17,585 nt of DNA from Fidelibacterota bacterium (GTDB lineage: Bacteria; Fidelibacterota; Marinisomatia; Marinisomatales; TCS56): positions 1 to 17,585 of the forward strand of contig JBDRBK010000214.1 in NCBI GenBank assembly GCA_043822705.1, read 5' to 3'. The notes under the pieces are model-generated. The model saw only the letters and a list, made by a program, of their open reading frames with translations, ran no database searches and was not told the origin of the DNA. Positions 1 to 10,309 of this stretch are shown here, piece after piece; within the stretch, counting starts at the first letter, position 1, and each line of letters starts with the position of its first letter. The translations under genes and the position numbers were made by a program.

Positions 1-163
1 GGCTATTTCGTCTTTTGCATAATTGAAATCTTATAAAATATCCGCATACTAAATAGCGCGAGTACGTACACGGGAACCTCCGATATACGTACAAAAAGCG
101 TACAATCAGAGCTCATTTTTAGTAAATACATACAACACAAACTAAAATATTCCAGAAAAATTC

Positions 164-193
164 TTGACTATCAGGGGTAACTAAAATTAGTTT
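164..193 (+). promoter_or_regulatory. Putative sigma70-type promoter of the dcw operon
   Basis: TTGACT at 164-169, 18-bp spacer, TAGTTT at 188-193, in an AT-rich region upstream of mraZ. TAAAAT at 182-187 is an alternative -10. Confidence 0.5.
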
Positions 194-210
194 GTGGGTA
201 GTTGTGGGTA
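192..210 (+). promoter_or_regulatory. MraZ-binding direct repeats (autorepression operator)
   Basis: TTGTGGGTA at 192-200 and 202-210 with exact 10-bp period, plus a partial GGGTA at 175-179. GTGGG/TGGG-type repeats with 10-bp spacing upstream of mraZ are the established MraZ operator. Confidence 0.8.
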
Positions 211-235
211 ATTATCCCTTTTAAGAGCGAAAAGA

Positions 236-700
236 ATGGCACTGAATGAAAATACATTTATCGGCGAATACGCCTATACCATTGACGCCAAGGGTCGGGT
301 AAATATTCCTGCCAAATTCCGGCAGGTTCTGACGGAAATCAATGCGAATACCTTCGTGGTAACCAAAGGTCAGGACCCCTGCGTCTGGGTCTATCCCCAG
401 ATCGTCTGGCAGGACATTATGGCCGGTTTGCGTAACCTGTCCGCCCTATCGCCGGTCAACCGCACCTTCATTCGCAGCACCACCCGTTACGCCTCCTTCA
501 CAACTTATGACAAACAGGGACGCATCCAGATACCCCAGCCACTGATCGATTACGCCAGTCTGGAGAAGGACGTGCTGATCATCGGTATGGCCAATAAGAT
601 CGAAATCTGGAATCCCCAAAACCTGGAACAGGTGGACCAGGCCAATCTGGAACTGGACCCCACCGCTTATGATGCATTATCCGATAAAATCATACTTTAA
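236..700 (+). CDS. mraZ: Division/cell wall cluster transcriptional repressor MraZ
   Basis: 154 aa with two AbrB-like repeats (IDAKGRVNIPAKFR; DKQGRIQIP...IEIW). First gene of the dcw cluster. Confidence 0.97.
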   Translation: MALNENTFIGEYAYTIDAKGRVNIPAKFRQVLTEINANTFVVTKGQDPCVWVYPQIVWQDIMAGLRNLSALSPVNRTFIRSTTRYASFTTYDKQGRIQIPQPLIDYASLEKDVLIIGMANKIEIWNPQNLEQVDQANLELDPTAYDALSDKIIL

Positions 701-1596
701 TGTCAGCGGCAGATTTACAGGACAGCAGGTCGCATATCCCGGTAATGTTGCCGGAGACGCTCGATTTTCTGGCTGTCCGGCCGGATGGCACCTATTTGGA
801 TGGGACCATAGGTCTCGGAGGGCACGCCACTGCAATCCATGCCCGGCTTTCCCCGGCGGGGAAACTGCTCGGGCTTGACCTGGATGAGGAGGCGCTGGTA
901 ATTGCTCGTTCGAAATTCAGCGCCTCTTCGTCACCCGCATCACTCCATCACCTTTCCTACGCCGAATTCCCGGCGATACTTCAAAAAACAGGCAGCGGCG
1001 CTGTGAACGGCATCCTGTTGGATCTGGGTCTCTCATCCTTGCAACTTGACAGCGTCGCCCGTGGTTTTTCCTTCGCCGCCGGCGGACCGCTGGACATGCG
1101 CTTCGACGGCAATGCCGGTCGCACGGCCGCCGAACTTATCTTTGCCAGCGCCGAAAAGGAACTGGCGGATATTATTTATCAGTATGGCGAGGAACGCCGT
1201 TCGCGGGCGATTGCCCGTTCGATTAAAAACCTGCAATCGATGGAATCGGCCGCTGATTTGACCGAGGCCATCCGGCGGGTGACGCCCCCGGCTCATCGTA
1301 ATCGCACCCTGGCCCGGGTATACCAGGCCCTGCGCATCGCCGTCAACGGCGAACTGGACAATCTGGAAAAATTCCTGGAAATATTCACCGATTACCTGGC
1401 CATCGGTGGCCGGATCGTGATAATCAGTTATCATTCCCTGGAAGACCGGCTGGTCAAGCAGACCTTTCGGAACCTGGCCAAGAGCGGCCGGCTGCAGGTT
1501 CTGACCAAGCGGCCGTTACGGCCGTCAGCCGAGGAAGTCGACAACAATCGCCGGTCGGCAGCCGCCAAGCTGCGGGCGGCGGAGCGGATCGGCTGA
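700..1596 (+). CDS. rsmH: 16S rRNA m4C1402 methyltransferase RsmH (MraW)
   Basis: HIPVML, DGTIGLGGH, DLGLSSLQLD, RGFSF..GPLDMR, YQALRIAVNGEL, ISYHSLEDRLVK and AKLRAAER motifs. Start overlaps the mraZ stop (TAATG). Confidence 0.97.
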   Translation: MSAADLQDSRSHIPVMLPETLDFLAVRPDGTYLDGTIGLGGHATAIHARLSPAGKLLGLDLDEEALVIARSKFSASSSPASLHHLSYAEFPAILQKTGSGAVNGILLDLGLSSLQLDSVARGFSFAAGGPLDMRFDGNAGRTAAELIFASAEKELADIIYQYGEERRSRAIARSIKNLQSMESAADLTEAIRRVTPPAHRNRTLARVYQALRIAVNGELDNLEKFLEIFTDYLAIGGRIVIISYHSLEDRLVKQTFRNLAKSGRLQVLTKRPLRPSAEEVDNNRRSAAAKLRAAERIG

Positions 1597-1934
1597 TGGC
1601 AAAGACTCCCACCCGGCGCAATTCCAAACGGAAGAAGGAATTTCTTCAGACCGTGACCTTTTTCTTCATATCGATTTTCTCGATCACCGGCCTGCTGGTC
1701 TACCTGTGGGTCTACAATGAAATCAACCTGACGGTCCGCGATATCGCCGCCCTGGAAAAGGTCGAGGCCAACCTGGCCAACGGCAACCGCCTGCTGGTCA
1801 ATAATATCGCCCAATTGGAACGGATCGACCGGATCACCGGCATCGCCCGCGATCAACTGGGCATGACCTCCGCCACCCCGGAATCGATCGTGGTCTATAT
1901 CGACACCAACCTGATCGAGGCCTTCCGTGACTAA
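1596..1934 (+). CDS. ftsL: Cell division protein FtsL-like (bitopic, coiled coil)
   Basis: 112 aa with a basic N-tail, one TM helix (FLQTVTFFFISIFSITGLLVYLWVY), a heptad coiled coil and a C-terminal RITGIARDQLGM. Lies between rsmH and ftsI. Confidence 0.82.
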   Translation: MAKTPTRRNSKRKKEFLQTVTFFFISIFSITGLLVYLWVYNEINLTVRDIAALEKVEANLANGNRLLVNNIAQLERIDRITGIARDQLGMTSATPESIVVYIDTNLIEAFRD

Positions 1935-3903
1935 GGTCTTTCTTAAGTACCGGGCGCGGATCACCGTATTGTCTTCCCTGGTACTGTTGGGCTGGGTTAT
2001 TCTGGCGGCGCGCCTGTTCCAGATTCAACTGATCGAAGGCGACGGGTACCGCCTGCAGGGTCAACGCCAGGCCCAGGTCAAGGTCGGCCTGCCGCCGGAC
2101 CGCGGCACGATTTACGACCGCAAAACCGTGGCGCTCACCTCCAATATTCATCATTATTCGATCGGCGTGCATCCCTCCCAAGTGCAATCGGCCCAGACGC
2201 TGGCCGAGGCAGTCAGCGCCATCACAGGCAAGGATGCCCAATCCTACCAGCGGCGCATCACTTCGGCGAAATCATTCATCTATCTGGAACGCAACCTGGC
2301 CGATCCCCGCTGCGAAGCACTGCTGGAGAACCGGCCGGCCGGACTGGCGATCGAAAAACGGGTCAGCCGCAGCTATCCCCATCAGAATATCGCCGCCCAG
2401 CTACTGGGCTTCGTCAATGTGGACGGTACGGGTATCGCCGGGCTGGAATTGAAACTGGACAGCCAGCTCCGCGGCCAGGCCGGCTGGATGGTCAAACAGG
2501 CCGATGGTCTGGGCAAGACCCAGCCCAAGGTCAGCTATCCCTACAAAGAGCCCCTAGACGGCTGCGATGTCTACCTGACAATCGATCTGGAGTACCAGGC
2601 ACTGCTGCAGGATGAGCTGAGCCGCCGGCTGCGCGAAACCGACGCCCGCTCCGCCTCCGGAATCCTGATGAATCCGCAGGATGGTTCCATTCTGGCGTTG
2701 GCTTCGGTTCCGGATTTCGATCCTGCCGCACCCGGCAACGCCCCGGCCGAGAACCAGAAAAACCGGGTCATCAGCGACCAGTTTGAGCCGGGCTCGACCT
2801 ATAAAATCGTCTGTGCCACCGCCGCCCTGGATCAGGATATCGTCGCAATCGACCAGGAATTCAACTGCGAAGGCGGCAAATATTCCCTGCCCGGAAAAAC
2901 AATTACCGACTGGGAAAGTTTTGGTCTGCTGAACTTCTCTCAGATCATCGAACAATCCAGTAATGTGGGTGTGATTAAAATCGCCCAACTGGTCGGCCCG
3001 AAAAATCTCTACCGCTATTCGCGCAACTTCGGATTCGGCTCCCAGACCAACGTCAACCTGATCAGCGAAACCTCCGGCACCCTGCGCCATACCGCCGACT
3101 GGTCGGAGATATCCCTGGCCGAATTGTCGATCGGCTACGAGGTCGGCGTGACCGCCCTGCAACTGGCAACGGCCTATTGTGCCGTGGCCAACGGGGGGAT
3201 CCTGATGAAGCCGCGGATCATCGACCGGATCGTCGCCGGCGATCAGACCGTGATTTACAGCGATCGTCCGGAAGTCGTGCGCAAGGTGGCTTCGCCGGAA
3301 GTAATGCAGACTCTGACCGGCATGCTGACCAGGGCCGTCGCTCATGGAACAGGCAGTAATGCCAAGATACCGGGCTGGTCGGTGGCCGGCAAGACCGGCA
3401 CCGCCCAGAAATATGTCGACGGTTCTTATTCGCAATCCAAATATATTTCCAATTTCGCCGGTTTTTTCCCGGTGGAAAATCCTCAACTAGTGGGCGTTAT
3501 CGTCCTCGATGAGCCGCGGATCGGCTACCACTGGGGCAGCATCGGCGCCGCTCCCGTATTCAAACGGGTAGTGGAACGCATCATCAACCTGGATGATGAT
3601 TTGCTACTGGCAGCCGCGGCCGAGCAGCCCGCCTTCGTACAAGCGGTCCCTCTAGAGGAACCCACTCCCGCACCGGTTTACATTCCCCTTTCCACCCGGG
3701 CCGTGGTTACGAAAACCAAAGCCGAACCGGGTAAATGCATAATACCCGATATCCGCGGCATGAGCCTGAAAAAAGCCTTGCAGACCCTCCACCAGGCCGG
3801 TCTGAAACCACAATTCCAGGGATCGGGAACGGTGACCTGGCAGAGTCCGCGTCCCGGTCTCAGTGTACCAGAAAACACCACTTGCCGGATCGGATTGCAA
3901 TGA
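1927..3903 (+). CDS. ftsI: Class B penicillin-binding protein FtsI/PBP3 with C-terminal PASTA domain
   Basis: GTG start, N-terminal TM, RGTIYDR, RSYP, GIAGLE. Catalytic motifs SxxK (EPGSTYK), SxN (SSNVG) and KTG (GKTGTAQK). An Ala/Pro-rich linker precedes a PASTA-like [12 protein letters not shown]...[13 protein letters not shown]. Confidence 0.95.
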   Translation: MTKVFLKYRARITVLSSLVLLGWVILAARLFQIQLIEGDGYRLQGQRQAQVKVGLPPDRGTIYDRKTVALTSNIHHYSIGVHPSQVQSAQTLAEAVSAITGKDAQSYQRRITSAKSFIYLERNLADPRCEALLENRPAGLAIEKRVSRSYPHQNIAAQLLGFVNVDGTGIAGLELKLDSQLRGQAGWMVKQADGLGKTQPKVSYPYKEPLDGCDVYLTIDLEYQALLQDELSRRLRETDARSASGILMNPQDGSILALASVPDFDPAAPGNAPAENQKNRVISDQFEPGSTYKIVCATAALDQDIVAIDQEFNCEGGKYSLPGKTITDWESFGLLNFSQIIEQSSNVGVIKIAQLVGPKNLYRYSRNFGFGSQTNVNLISETSGTLRHTADWSEISLAELSIGYEVGVTALQLATAYCAVANGGILMKPRIIDRIVAGDQTVIYSDRPEVVRKVASPEVMQTLTGMLTRAVAHGTGSNAKIPGWSVAGKTGTAQKYVDGSYSQSKYISNFAGFFPVENPQLVGVIVLDEPRIGYHWGSIGAAPVFKRVVERIINLDDDLLLAAAAEQPAFVQAVPLEEPTPAPVYIPLSTRAVVTKTKAEPGKCIIPDIRGMSLKKALQTLHQAGLKPQFQGSGTVTWQSPRPGLSVPENTTCRIGLQ

Positions 3904-5357
3904 AACGCTACTTGCATAAATTAATGGTCGGACTGGTTTCCGGCCTGGAAGCGATCCCGCAGATCCAAATCCGGGGGATCGCCTCCGACTCCCGGGATGT
4001 TGAACCGGGCTACCTGTTCATCGCCATACCCGGCGTCGCCCAGGACGGTCATGATTATATCGACCAGGCCATCCGCAACGGCGCGGTGGCAATAGTGACC
4101 GACAATCGCGAACTGCCGGAACCGGCTGTCCCGCGGATTCGGGTGATCGATCCGCGGCGGGCCGCTTCCCATATCGCCGCCGATTTTTACGGTTTTCCGT
4201 CCCGGGACCTGAGTATCGTCGGGGTCACCGGCACTAATGGCAAAACTACCGTCTCGTTCCTGATCGACTCGATTCTGAAATCAGCCGGGATTAAATCCGC
4301 CCTGCTGGGGACCCTGGGTGTTTTCGCCGGCGAATATTCCCGTGGCAAATCGCTGACCACCCTGGATGCCGGCACCCTGCACCGGCTGTTCGCCGATCTG
4401 CTGACCGCCGACTACACCCATGCCGTAATGGAGGTTTCGTCCCATGCCCTGCACCAGCAGCGGGTGGCTGATGTGGATTTTAACTTTGCCGTGTTCACCA
4501 ACCTGACGCCCGAGCACCTGGATTACCACGGCGATATGGAAACCTATTTCCAAGCCAAGGCCCACCTGTTCAAAACGCTGCCGATCACCGCCACCGCCAT
4601 CATCAATATCGATGATGAATTCGGCCGGCAATTGAAACCGTTGTGCCAGGCGCCGGCGGTCACCACTTCGATGACTATTGAAGGTGACGCCCACTACGTG
4701 GACTGGAAGGGCACAATTGACGGTATCCGGGGGATTATTGAGGTCGGCGGCCAGCGGTTCATGATCAAATCATCCCTGATCGGCAGTTTCAACCTGGAAA
4801 ATATTTTATCCGCCGCCACCGCCGCCTGGGCGATGGGTCTGGCTCCGGAGGTCATCGCTGCCGGTATCGATGGTTGCCAGCGAATACCGGGGCGGATGGA
4901 ACGGATCAAGGCAACCAAAGGCGGTACGGTAGTCATGGACTATGCCCACACCCCGGACGCCTACGAAAAAGTGTTAAGCACGATCAGGCGACTGGTCCCG
5001 GAACAGGCCCGGATCACCCTGGTTTTCGGCTGCGGCGGCGACCGCGATCGCAGCAAACGCCCGTTGATGGCAGCCATTGCCGAAAAATACTGTAACCGCT
5101 GTTTCATCACGCCCGATAATCCCCGTTTCGAAGCGGTCGAAACCATCAATGCCGATATCATCCGCGGCTTTTCCGGTAAGAATTATACGGCATTTGACGA
5201 CCGCGGCACCGCCCTGGAAAAGGCGTTGCGGGAATCGAAAAAAGACGATGTGGTCGTCGTGCTGGGCAAAGGTCGCGAGGACTACCAGGATATCCGCGGC
5301 GAAAAAGTTTTTTATTCCGATCTGCAACTGATCGAAAGCTATGCCGATGCGGGTTGA
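3900..5357 (+). CDS. murE: UDP-MurNAc-L-Ala-D-Glu:meso-diaminopimelate ligase MurE
   Basis: [56 protein letters not shown] and DNPR (meso-DAP specificity motif). Start placed at ATG 3900 (ATGA overlap with the ftsI stop), not the ORF-track start at 3735. Confidence 0.96.
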   Translation: MKRYLHKLMVGLVSGLEAIPQIQIRGIASDSRDVEPGYLFIAIPGVAQDGHDYIDQAIRNGAVAIVTDNRELPEPAVPRIRVIDPRRAASHIAADFYGFPSRDLSIVGVTGTNGKTTVSFLIDSILKSAGIKSALLGTLGVFAGEYSRGKSLTTLDAGTLHRLFADLLTADYTHAVMEVSSHALHQQRVADVDFNFAVFTNLTPEHLDYHGDMETYFQAKAHLFKTLPITATAIINIDDEFGRQLKPLCQAPAVTTSMTIEGDAHYVDWKGTIDGIRGIIEVGGQRFMIKSSLIGSFNLENILSAATAAWAMGLAPEVIAAGIDGCQRIPGRMERIKATKGGTVVMDYAHTPDAYEKVLSTIRRLVPEQARITLVFGCGGDRDRSKRPLMAAIAEKYCNRCFITPDNPRFEAVETINADIIRGFSGKNYTAFDDRGTALEKALRESKKDDVVVVLGKGREDYQDIRGEKVFYSDLQLIESYADAG

Positions 5358-6690
5358 TCTGCCCGATCCGGTTGAATTTGCGGCACTGTTCGCCGCCGTG
5401 ACCGGCCAGACGCTGGAACGGACGGTCAGCGGTATCGCCACCGACAGCCGCGAGTGCCGGCCCAGCGATCTGTTCGTCGCCATCCGTGGCGAACAGGTGG
5501 ACGGCCACCGTTTCCTGGCGGCGGTGGACAGCGCCGGGAGCGCCGCCGCCCTGGTACAGCGCCCCGATCCTGATTTGAGCAGCTTCCGGCAGGTGGCCGT
5601 GGCCGACCCGGTGCGGACCATCGGCGACATCGCCCGGCAGTGGCGGCAGCGTTTTACAATCCCGCTGATCGGAATTACCGGCAGTAACGGTAAAACCACC
5701 ACCAAGGAATTATTGAGTCATATTTTCTCCGCCGACCGGAGTGTCCATGCCACCCGCGGTAATTACAACACTTCGGTCGGCCTGCCTTTGACGCTCCTGA
5801 CCCTGACCGCCAAGCACCGACTGTCGATCCTGGAAATGGGCGCCAACCGGCCCGGCGACATCGCCCTGCTGGCGGAAATCGCCGAACCGACCCACGGACT
5901 GATCACCAATATCGCCCCGGCCCATCTGGAAGGCTTCGGCAGCATCGAAATGGTGGCCCGCACCAAGGGCGAATTATTCGCCGCTCTGGCCGCCGGCACC
6001 GCTTTCGTCAACCGCAGTGACGAACGGGTCGCCGCCCTGCCGCTGGCGGGACAGGCGATCAGCTTCGGCTTCCGGCCCGACTGCGACTATTCCGCCGATC
6101 TGCATGTCGCCCCGGACGGCTACATTCAATTGACGATCAATACCAATGAACTGGACACCGGCTACAACAACCCGACCTTTGCCAGGAACACCCTGGCGGC
6201 GGTCGCCGTGGCTGACACTCTGGGGCTGGATTGGCCGACAATCCAGGCCCGGATAAAGACCTTCCGCCAGCCGCCGGGTCGTTGCGAAGTCAAACAACTA
6301 AAAAACATAACGGTAATCGATGATAGTTATAATGCTAACCTGGTTTCGGTTTCGGCCGCCATTGATTTTCTACGGTCTTACCATGCTGATGGTCGCCACA
6401 TTATGGTTTTCGCTGACATGCTGGAATTAGGGACCGAATCGCGGAACCTGCACATTCAAGTCGGAGAAATCGCCAGTGCCGCCGGACTGGATGCCATTTT
6501 CACTTTCGGACCGGCCGCCCGCCATACCGACGAAGCACTGACCAATACCGCCGACCATCGTCATTTCGACGATAAGGCGATTCTGGCCGGAGCATTGAAG
6601 GATTATTTGCGATCCGGTGACGTCGTATTATTCAAGGGCTCGCGAGGCATGGCGCTGGAAACAATCATCGCGGAGCTGCGGGAACTGTAA
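5341..6690 (+). CDS. murF: UDP-MurNAc-tripeptide:D-Ala-D-Ala ligase MurF
   Basis: [56 protein letters not shown] and KGSRGM motifs. Start could be 5341 or 5347. Confidence 0.96.
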   Translation: MPMRVDLPDPVEFAALFAAVTGQTLERTVSGIATDSRECRPSDLFVAIRGEQVDGHRFLAAVDSAGSAAALVQRPDPDLSSFRQVAVADPVRTIGDIARQWRQRFTIPLIGITGSNGKTTTKELLSHIFSADRSVHATRGNYNTSVGLPLTLLTLTAKHRLSILEMGANRPGDIALLAEIAEPTHGLITNIAPAHLEGFGSIEMVARTKGELFAALAAGTAFVNRSDERVAALPLAGQAISFGFRPDCDYSADLHVAPDGYIQLTINTNELDTGYNNPTFARNTLAAVAVADTLGLDWPTIQARIKTFRQPPGRCEVKQLKNITVIDDSYNANLVSVSAAIDFLRSYHADGRHIMVFADMLELGTESRNLHIQVGEIASAAGLDAIFTFGPAARHTDEALTNTADHRHFDDKAILAGALKDYLRSGDVVLFKGSRGMALETIIAELREL

Positions 6691-7793
6691 TGCTGTATCA
6701 TCTGCTGTACCCGCTGAAATCCTATGTCTCCGGACTGAATATTTTTCAATATATCACGTTCAGGGCAACGTCGGCCGCCATTCTGGCGCTGCTTATGAGC
6801 TTCCTTATAGGACCGGTGATCATCCGCCTGCTGGAACGCTACCAGATCGGCGAAGAGATCAGAACCAGCGGTCCCCAATCTCATCAGAGAAAGAAGGGCA
6901 CGCCCACAATGGGGGGAATTATCATACTCAGTGCGGTGATTCTCCCCACCCTCCTTTTCGCCCGCCTGGATAACGCCTACGTGCTGATGATTCTGCTGGC
7001 GGTGGTCTGGATGGGCGTTATCGGCTTTATCGATGATTATCTCAAGACGATCAAGAAAACCAAAAGCGGGCTGGTGGCGCGTTACAAACTGGCCGGGCAG
7101 GTTTCGCTGGGACTGATCATCAGCCTCTGGGTCTTTCTGTCCCCGCAATTCCAGGATATCCGCAGCGTCACCTCGATTCCCTTTTTCAAGAACCTGGAGT
7201 TGGATTTCGGTTATTTCTATCCCGTGATTATCATTCTGATTATCACCTATTTCAGCAATTCCGTCAATCTTACCGATGGTCTGGACGGTCTGGCCGCCGG
7301 TCTTTCGGCAATCGCTTTCTCGGTATTCGCCGGCGTGGCCTATCTGTCCGGCCGGGTTGACTTTTCCGATTACCTCAACATTATTTACCTGCCCGGCGCC
7401 GGCGAACTGACGATTTTTGCCGCCGCCATGGCTGGCGCCTGTCTGGGTTACTTGTGGTTCAATGCCGCCCCGGCGCAGATTTTCATGGGTGACACCGGTT
7501 CGCTGGCCACCGGCGCGGCCCTGGGCACCCTGGCCGTTCTGCTGAAAAAAGAACTGTTATTGCTGATCATCGGCGGCGTTTTCGTCTGGGAAGGGGTCTC
7601 GGTGATGCTGCAGGTCGGCTACTACCAATGGACCAAAAAGCGCACCGGCACCGGTGTACGGATTTTCAAAATGGCACCGGTCCACCATCATTATGAATTA
7701 TCCGGCTGGCCGGAGACCAAGGTGGTCATCCGCTTCTGGATAATCGGGATTCTGCTGGCACTGTTCAGTTTCAGCACTTTCAAGATTCGCTAA
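6690..7793 (+). CDS. mraY: Phospho-N-acetylmuramoyl-pentapeptide transferase MraY
   Basis: KKGTPTMGG, GFIDDYLK, SNSVNLTDGLDGLA, FMGDTGSL and MAPVHHHYE motifs; polytopic membrane protein. Confidence 0.98.
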   Translation: MLYHLLYPLKSYVSGLNIFQYITFRATSAAILALLMSFLIGPVIIRLLERYQIGEEIRTSGPQSHQRKKGTPTMGGIIILSAVILPTLLFARLDNAYVLMILLAVVWMGVIGFIDDYLKTIKKTKSGLVARYKLAGQVSLGLIISLWVFLSPQFQDIRSVTSIPFFKNLELDFGYFYPVIIILIITYFSNSVNLTDGLDGLAAGLSAIAFSVFAGVAYLSGRVDFSDYLNIIYLPGAGELTIFAAAMAGACLGYLWFNAAPAQIFMGDTGSLATGAALGTLAVLLKKELLLLIIGGVFVWEGVSVMLQVGYYQWTKKRTGTGVRIFKMAPVHHHYELSGWPETKVVIRFWIIGILLALFSFSTFKIR

Positions 7794-9176
7794 ATGGATA
7801 TCACCGATAGAAATAATATTGACTTGCAGGATCGACGAGTCGCGATCATCGGCTTGAGCCGCAGTGGTTTCGCCGCGGCCCGGCTGGCCCGCCATCTGGG
7901 CGCCGAGGTCTTTGTCAGCGATAGCTCCGCCGGAGCGGCGGTGACCGGCAACCTGGCGGCCCTGCGGGAACTGGGAATTGACGGTGAAATCGACGGGCAC
8001 AGTCAGCGGATTTACTCGGCGGACCTGTGGGTGCTGTCGCCGGGGATCGCCCAGGATGCGGAAATCGTGAATCAGGCCCGGGTCCGCAGTATTCCCATCG
8101 TCAGCGAAATCGAATTTTCCAGCTGGTTCACCAGTGCGCCGGTGCTGGCAATTACCGGCTCCAACGGCAAGACCACCACCGCTTTCGCCCTGGCGCGGAT
8201 GTGCCAGACCGATACCGTCCATGGCGTGTTGGCTGGCAATATGGGCGTACCATTCGCAGAGATGGTGCTCCGCGATCTGAACGAACCGGACCCGGCCCGG
8301 GTATTTGTCCTGGAAATTTCCAGTTTTCAGATGGAATTCATCCGCCATTTCCGGCCCCGGGTCAGTGTTTTCCTCAATATATCGCCGGACCACCTGGACC
8401 GTTATCATTCCATGGATGAATATGTGACCGCCAAAATGAAGCTGGCGGCCAATGCCGGTGACGGTGATTTCATCGTCTATAACCACGATGATGCGATCCT
8501 GAGTGAGCGGTTGCATGATACTCCGGCGCGGCTGGTACCATTCAGCGTACGGCCGGCCGACGATCTGATTTATTCCATCGAAGAAAAAAAGATTTTGACT
8601 CAAGAGCGCGCCACGCTCATATCCCTGGATGAAGTCGCCTTGCCCGGTTACCATAACTACGCCAATCTGCTGGCGGCGGCAACGGCGGCTCATCTGTACG
8701 GGATTTCCGATCAAACCATCGCCACCGTGATGCAGACTTACCAGGGGGTTGCCCACCGTCTGGAAGAAGTGGCGAAAGTCGACGGCGTCCGCTACATCAA
8801 CGACTCCAAGGCTACCAATCTGGACGCCGTCAAGGTGGCATTGCAAAGCTTTCCTGGCCCGATCATACTGATTCTGGGTGGTAAAGACAAGGGCGGTGAT
8901 TTCACCGAACTGGTACCACTCCTGACGAATCGCGTGAAAAAGATCATCGCCATCGGCCAGGCCCGCGAGCGCATCAGGACCGCCCTGTGGGATGCGGCGA
9001 GACCCGAACTAGTTGAGGGTCTCAGGGATGCGGTCGAAGTCTCGCGGAAGTGCGCTAAGCCTGGGGACGTTGTTCTTCTGTCCCCAGGCTGCGCCAGCTT
9101 TGATCAGTTCCGCGATTTCGAAGACCGCGGCGACCAATTCCGGCAACTGACCCAGGCCCTGGAGCAGACTACATGA
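7794..9176 (+). CDS. murD: UDP-MurNAc-L-Ala:D-Glu ligase MurD
   Basis: [50 protein letters not shown] and LLSPGCASFDQF motifs. Confidence 0.97.
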   Translation: MDITDRNNIDLQDRRVAIIGLSRSGFAAARLARHLGAEVFVSDSSAGAAVTGNLAALRELGIDGEIDGHSQRIYSADLWVLSPGIAQDAEIVNQARVRSIPIVSEIEFSSWFTSAPVLAITGSNGKTTTAFALARMCQTDTVHGVLAGNMGVPFAEMVLRDLNEPDPARVFVLEISSFQMEFIRHFRPRVSVFLNISPDHLDRYHSMDEYVTAKMKLAANAGDGDFIVYNHDDAILSERLHDTPARLVPFSVRPADDLIYSIEEKKILTQERATLISLDEVALPGYHNYANLLAAATAAHLYGISDQTIATVMQTYQGVAHRLEEVAKVDGVRYINDSKATNLDAVKVALQSFPGPIILILGGKDKGGDFTELVPLLTNRVKKIIAIGQARERIRTALWDAARPELVEGLRDAVEVSRKCAKPGDVVLLSPGCASFDQFRDFEDRGDQFRQLTQALEQTT

Positions 9177-10309
9177 AACCGATCGAACTGCTCTGGAAAA
9201 ATTACGACCGCCCGTTGATTATCATGATCCTGGTCCTGTGCACACTCGGCACCGTCATGCTCTACAGCGCCAGCTCGATCTGGGCCTACAACCAGTACGA
9301 CACCGGCGCCTATTTCCTGCAGAAACAATTCCTGCGCCTGCTGATCGGACTGGCGGTAATGATCGGCTGCATGTTGTTTGATTACCGGCGCCTGAAAGAT
9401 TTAGCCGCGGCGATAATGATCATAGCCATCATACTGCTGGTGGCAACCAAACTATTATTCGTTCTACGGCATGATTTATCACCGGCCCGCTGGATCGCCC
9501 TGGGACCGCTCACGATCCAGACTTCCGATATCGCCCGCCTGGCGATGATCATCTACCTGGCGGCCTACATCGACCGGAAACGCCAGCTGCTGCAGGATTT
9601 CTATTTCGGTTTCCTGCCGGCCATCGTTGTCCTGGCGGTCATTCTGGCACTGATTATCATCCAGCCCGATTTCAGCACCGCCGCGATTCTGGGCATGATC
9701 GGTTTCACGATGCTGTTCCTCGGCGGAGCGAAATTGCCTCATATTCTGGTCACGATTACATCGGCGGTCACGGTCCTGATTCCCGTCATGTTGCTGGAGC
9801 CGTACCGCCGGGCGCGAATACTGTCCTTCCTGAACCCCGATAACGATATCCAGGGCGCCAGCTACCAGGTTCAGCAGAGCCTGATCAGCCTGGGCAACGG
9901 CGGATTGTTCGGAATGGGCCTCGGTAACAGCATGGAAAAAAATCTGTTTTTGCCCACACCCCACACCGATTTTATCTTTTCGATCATCGGCGAAGAAACC
10001 GGTTTCATCGGGGCGCTGGTGGTACTGACGCTGTTCCTGCTGGTTTTCCAGCGCGGTGTGCGTATCGCCAAGGAGGCTCCGGACACGTTCGGAATCCTGT
10101 TGGCCCAGGGACTGGCGTTTAGTTTCATCCTGTATGCCTTCATCAACGCCGCCGTCGTCACCAATCTGCTGCCGACCACCGGTCTGCCGATGCCGCTGAT
10201 CAGTTATGGCGGTTCCGGGCTGGTGATCAATCTGGCCGGGATTGGCATATTATTGAATATCAGCCGCAAACAGCGGCCGCCGAAACATTCCCAAGGGTGG
10301 TTGAATTGA
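9173..10309 (+). CDS. ftsW: SEDS peptidoglycan polymerase FtsW
   Basis: ARWI, QPDFST, YQVQQSL..GNGGLFG.GLGNS, LPTPHTDFIFSIIGEE.G and TGLPMPLISYGGS motifs. Lies between murD and murG. Confidence 0.96.
   Translation: MKPIELLWKNYDRPLIIMILVLCTLGTVMLYSASSIWAYNQYDTGAYFLQKQFLRLLIGLAVMIGCMLFDYRRLKDLAAAIMIIAIILLVATKLLFVLRHDLSPARWIALGPLTIQTSDIARLAMIIYLAAYIDRKRQLLQDFYFGFLPAIVVLAVILALIIIQPDFSTAAILGMIGFTMLFLGGAKLPHILVTITSAVTVLIPVMLLEPYRRARILSFLNPDNDIQGASYQVQQSLISLGNGGLFGMGLGNSMEKNLFLPTPHTDFIFSIIGEETGFIGALVVLTLFLLVFQRGVRIAKEAPDTFGILLAQGLAFSFILYAFINAAVVTNLLPTTGLPMPLISYGGSGLVINLAGIGILLNISRKQRPPKHSQGWLN

Noticed and set aside
3735..3899. 55-aa N-terminal extension of MurE in the ORF track
   Set aside because: It overlaps the ftsI PASTA domain in another frame; the ATGA-coupled start at 3900 gives a normal-length MurE.
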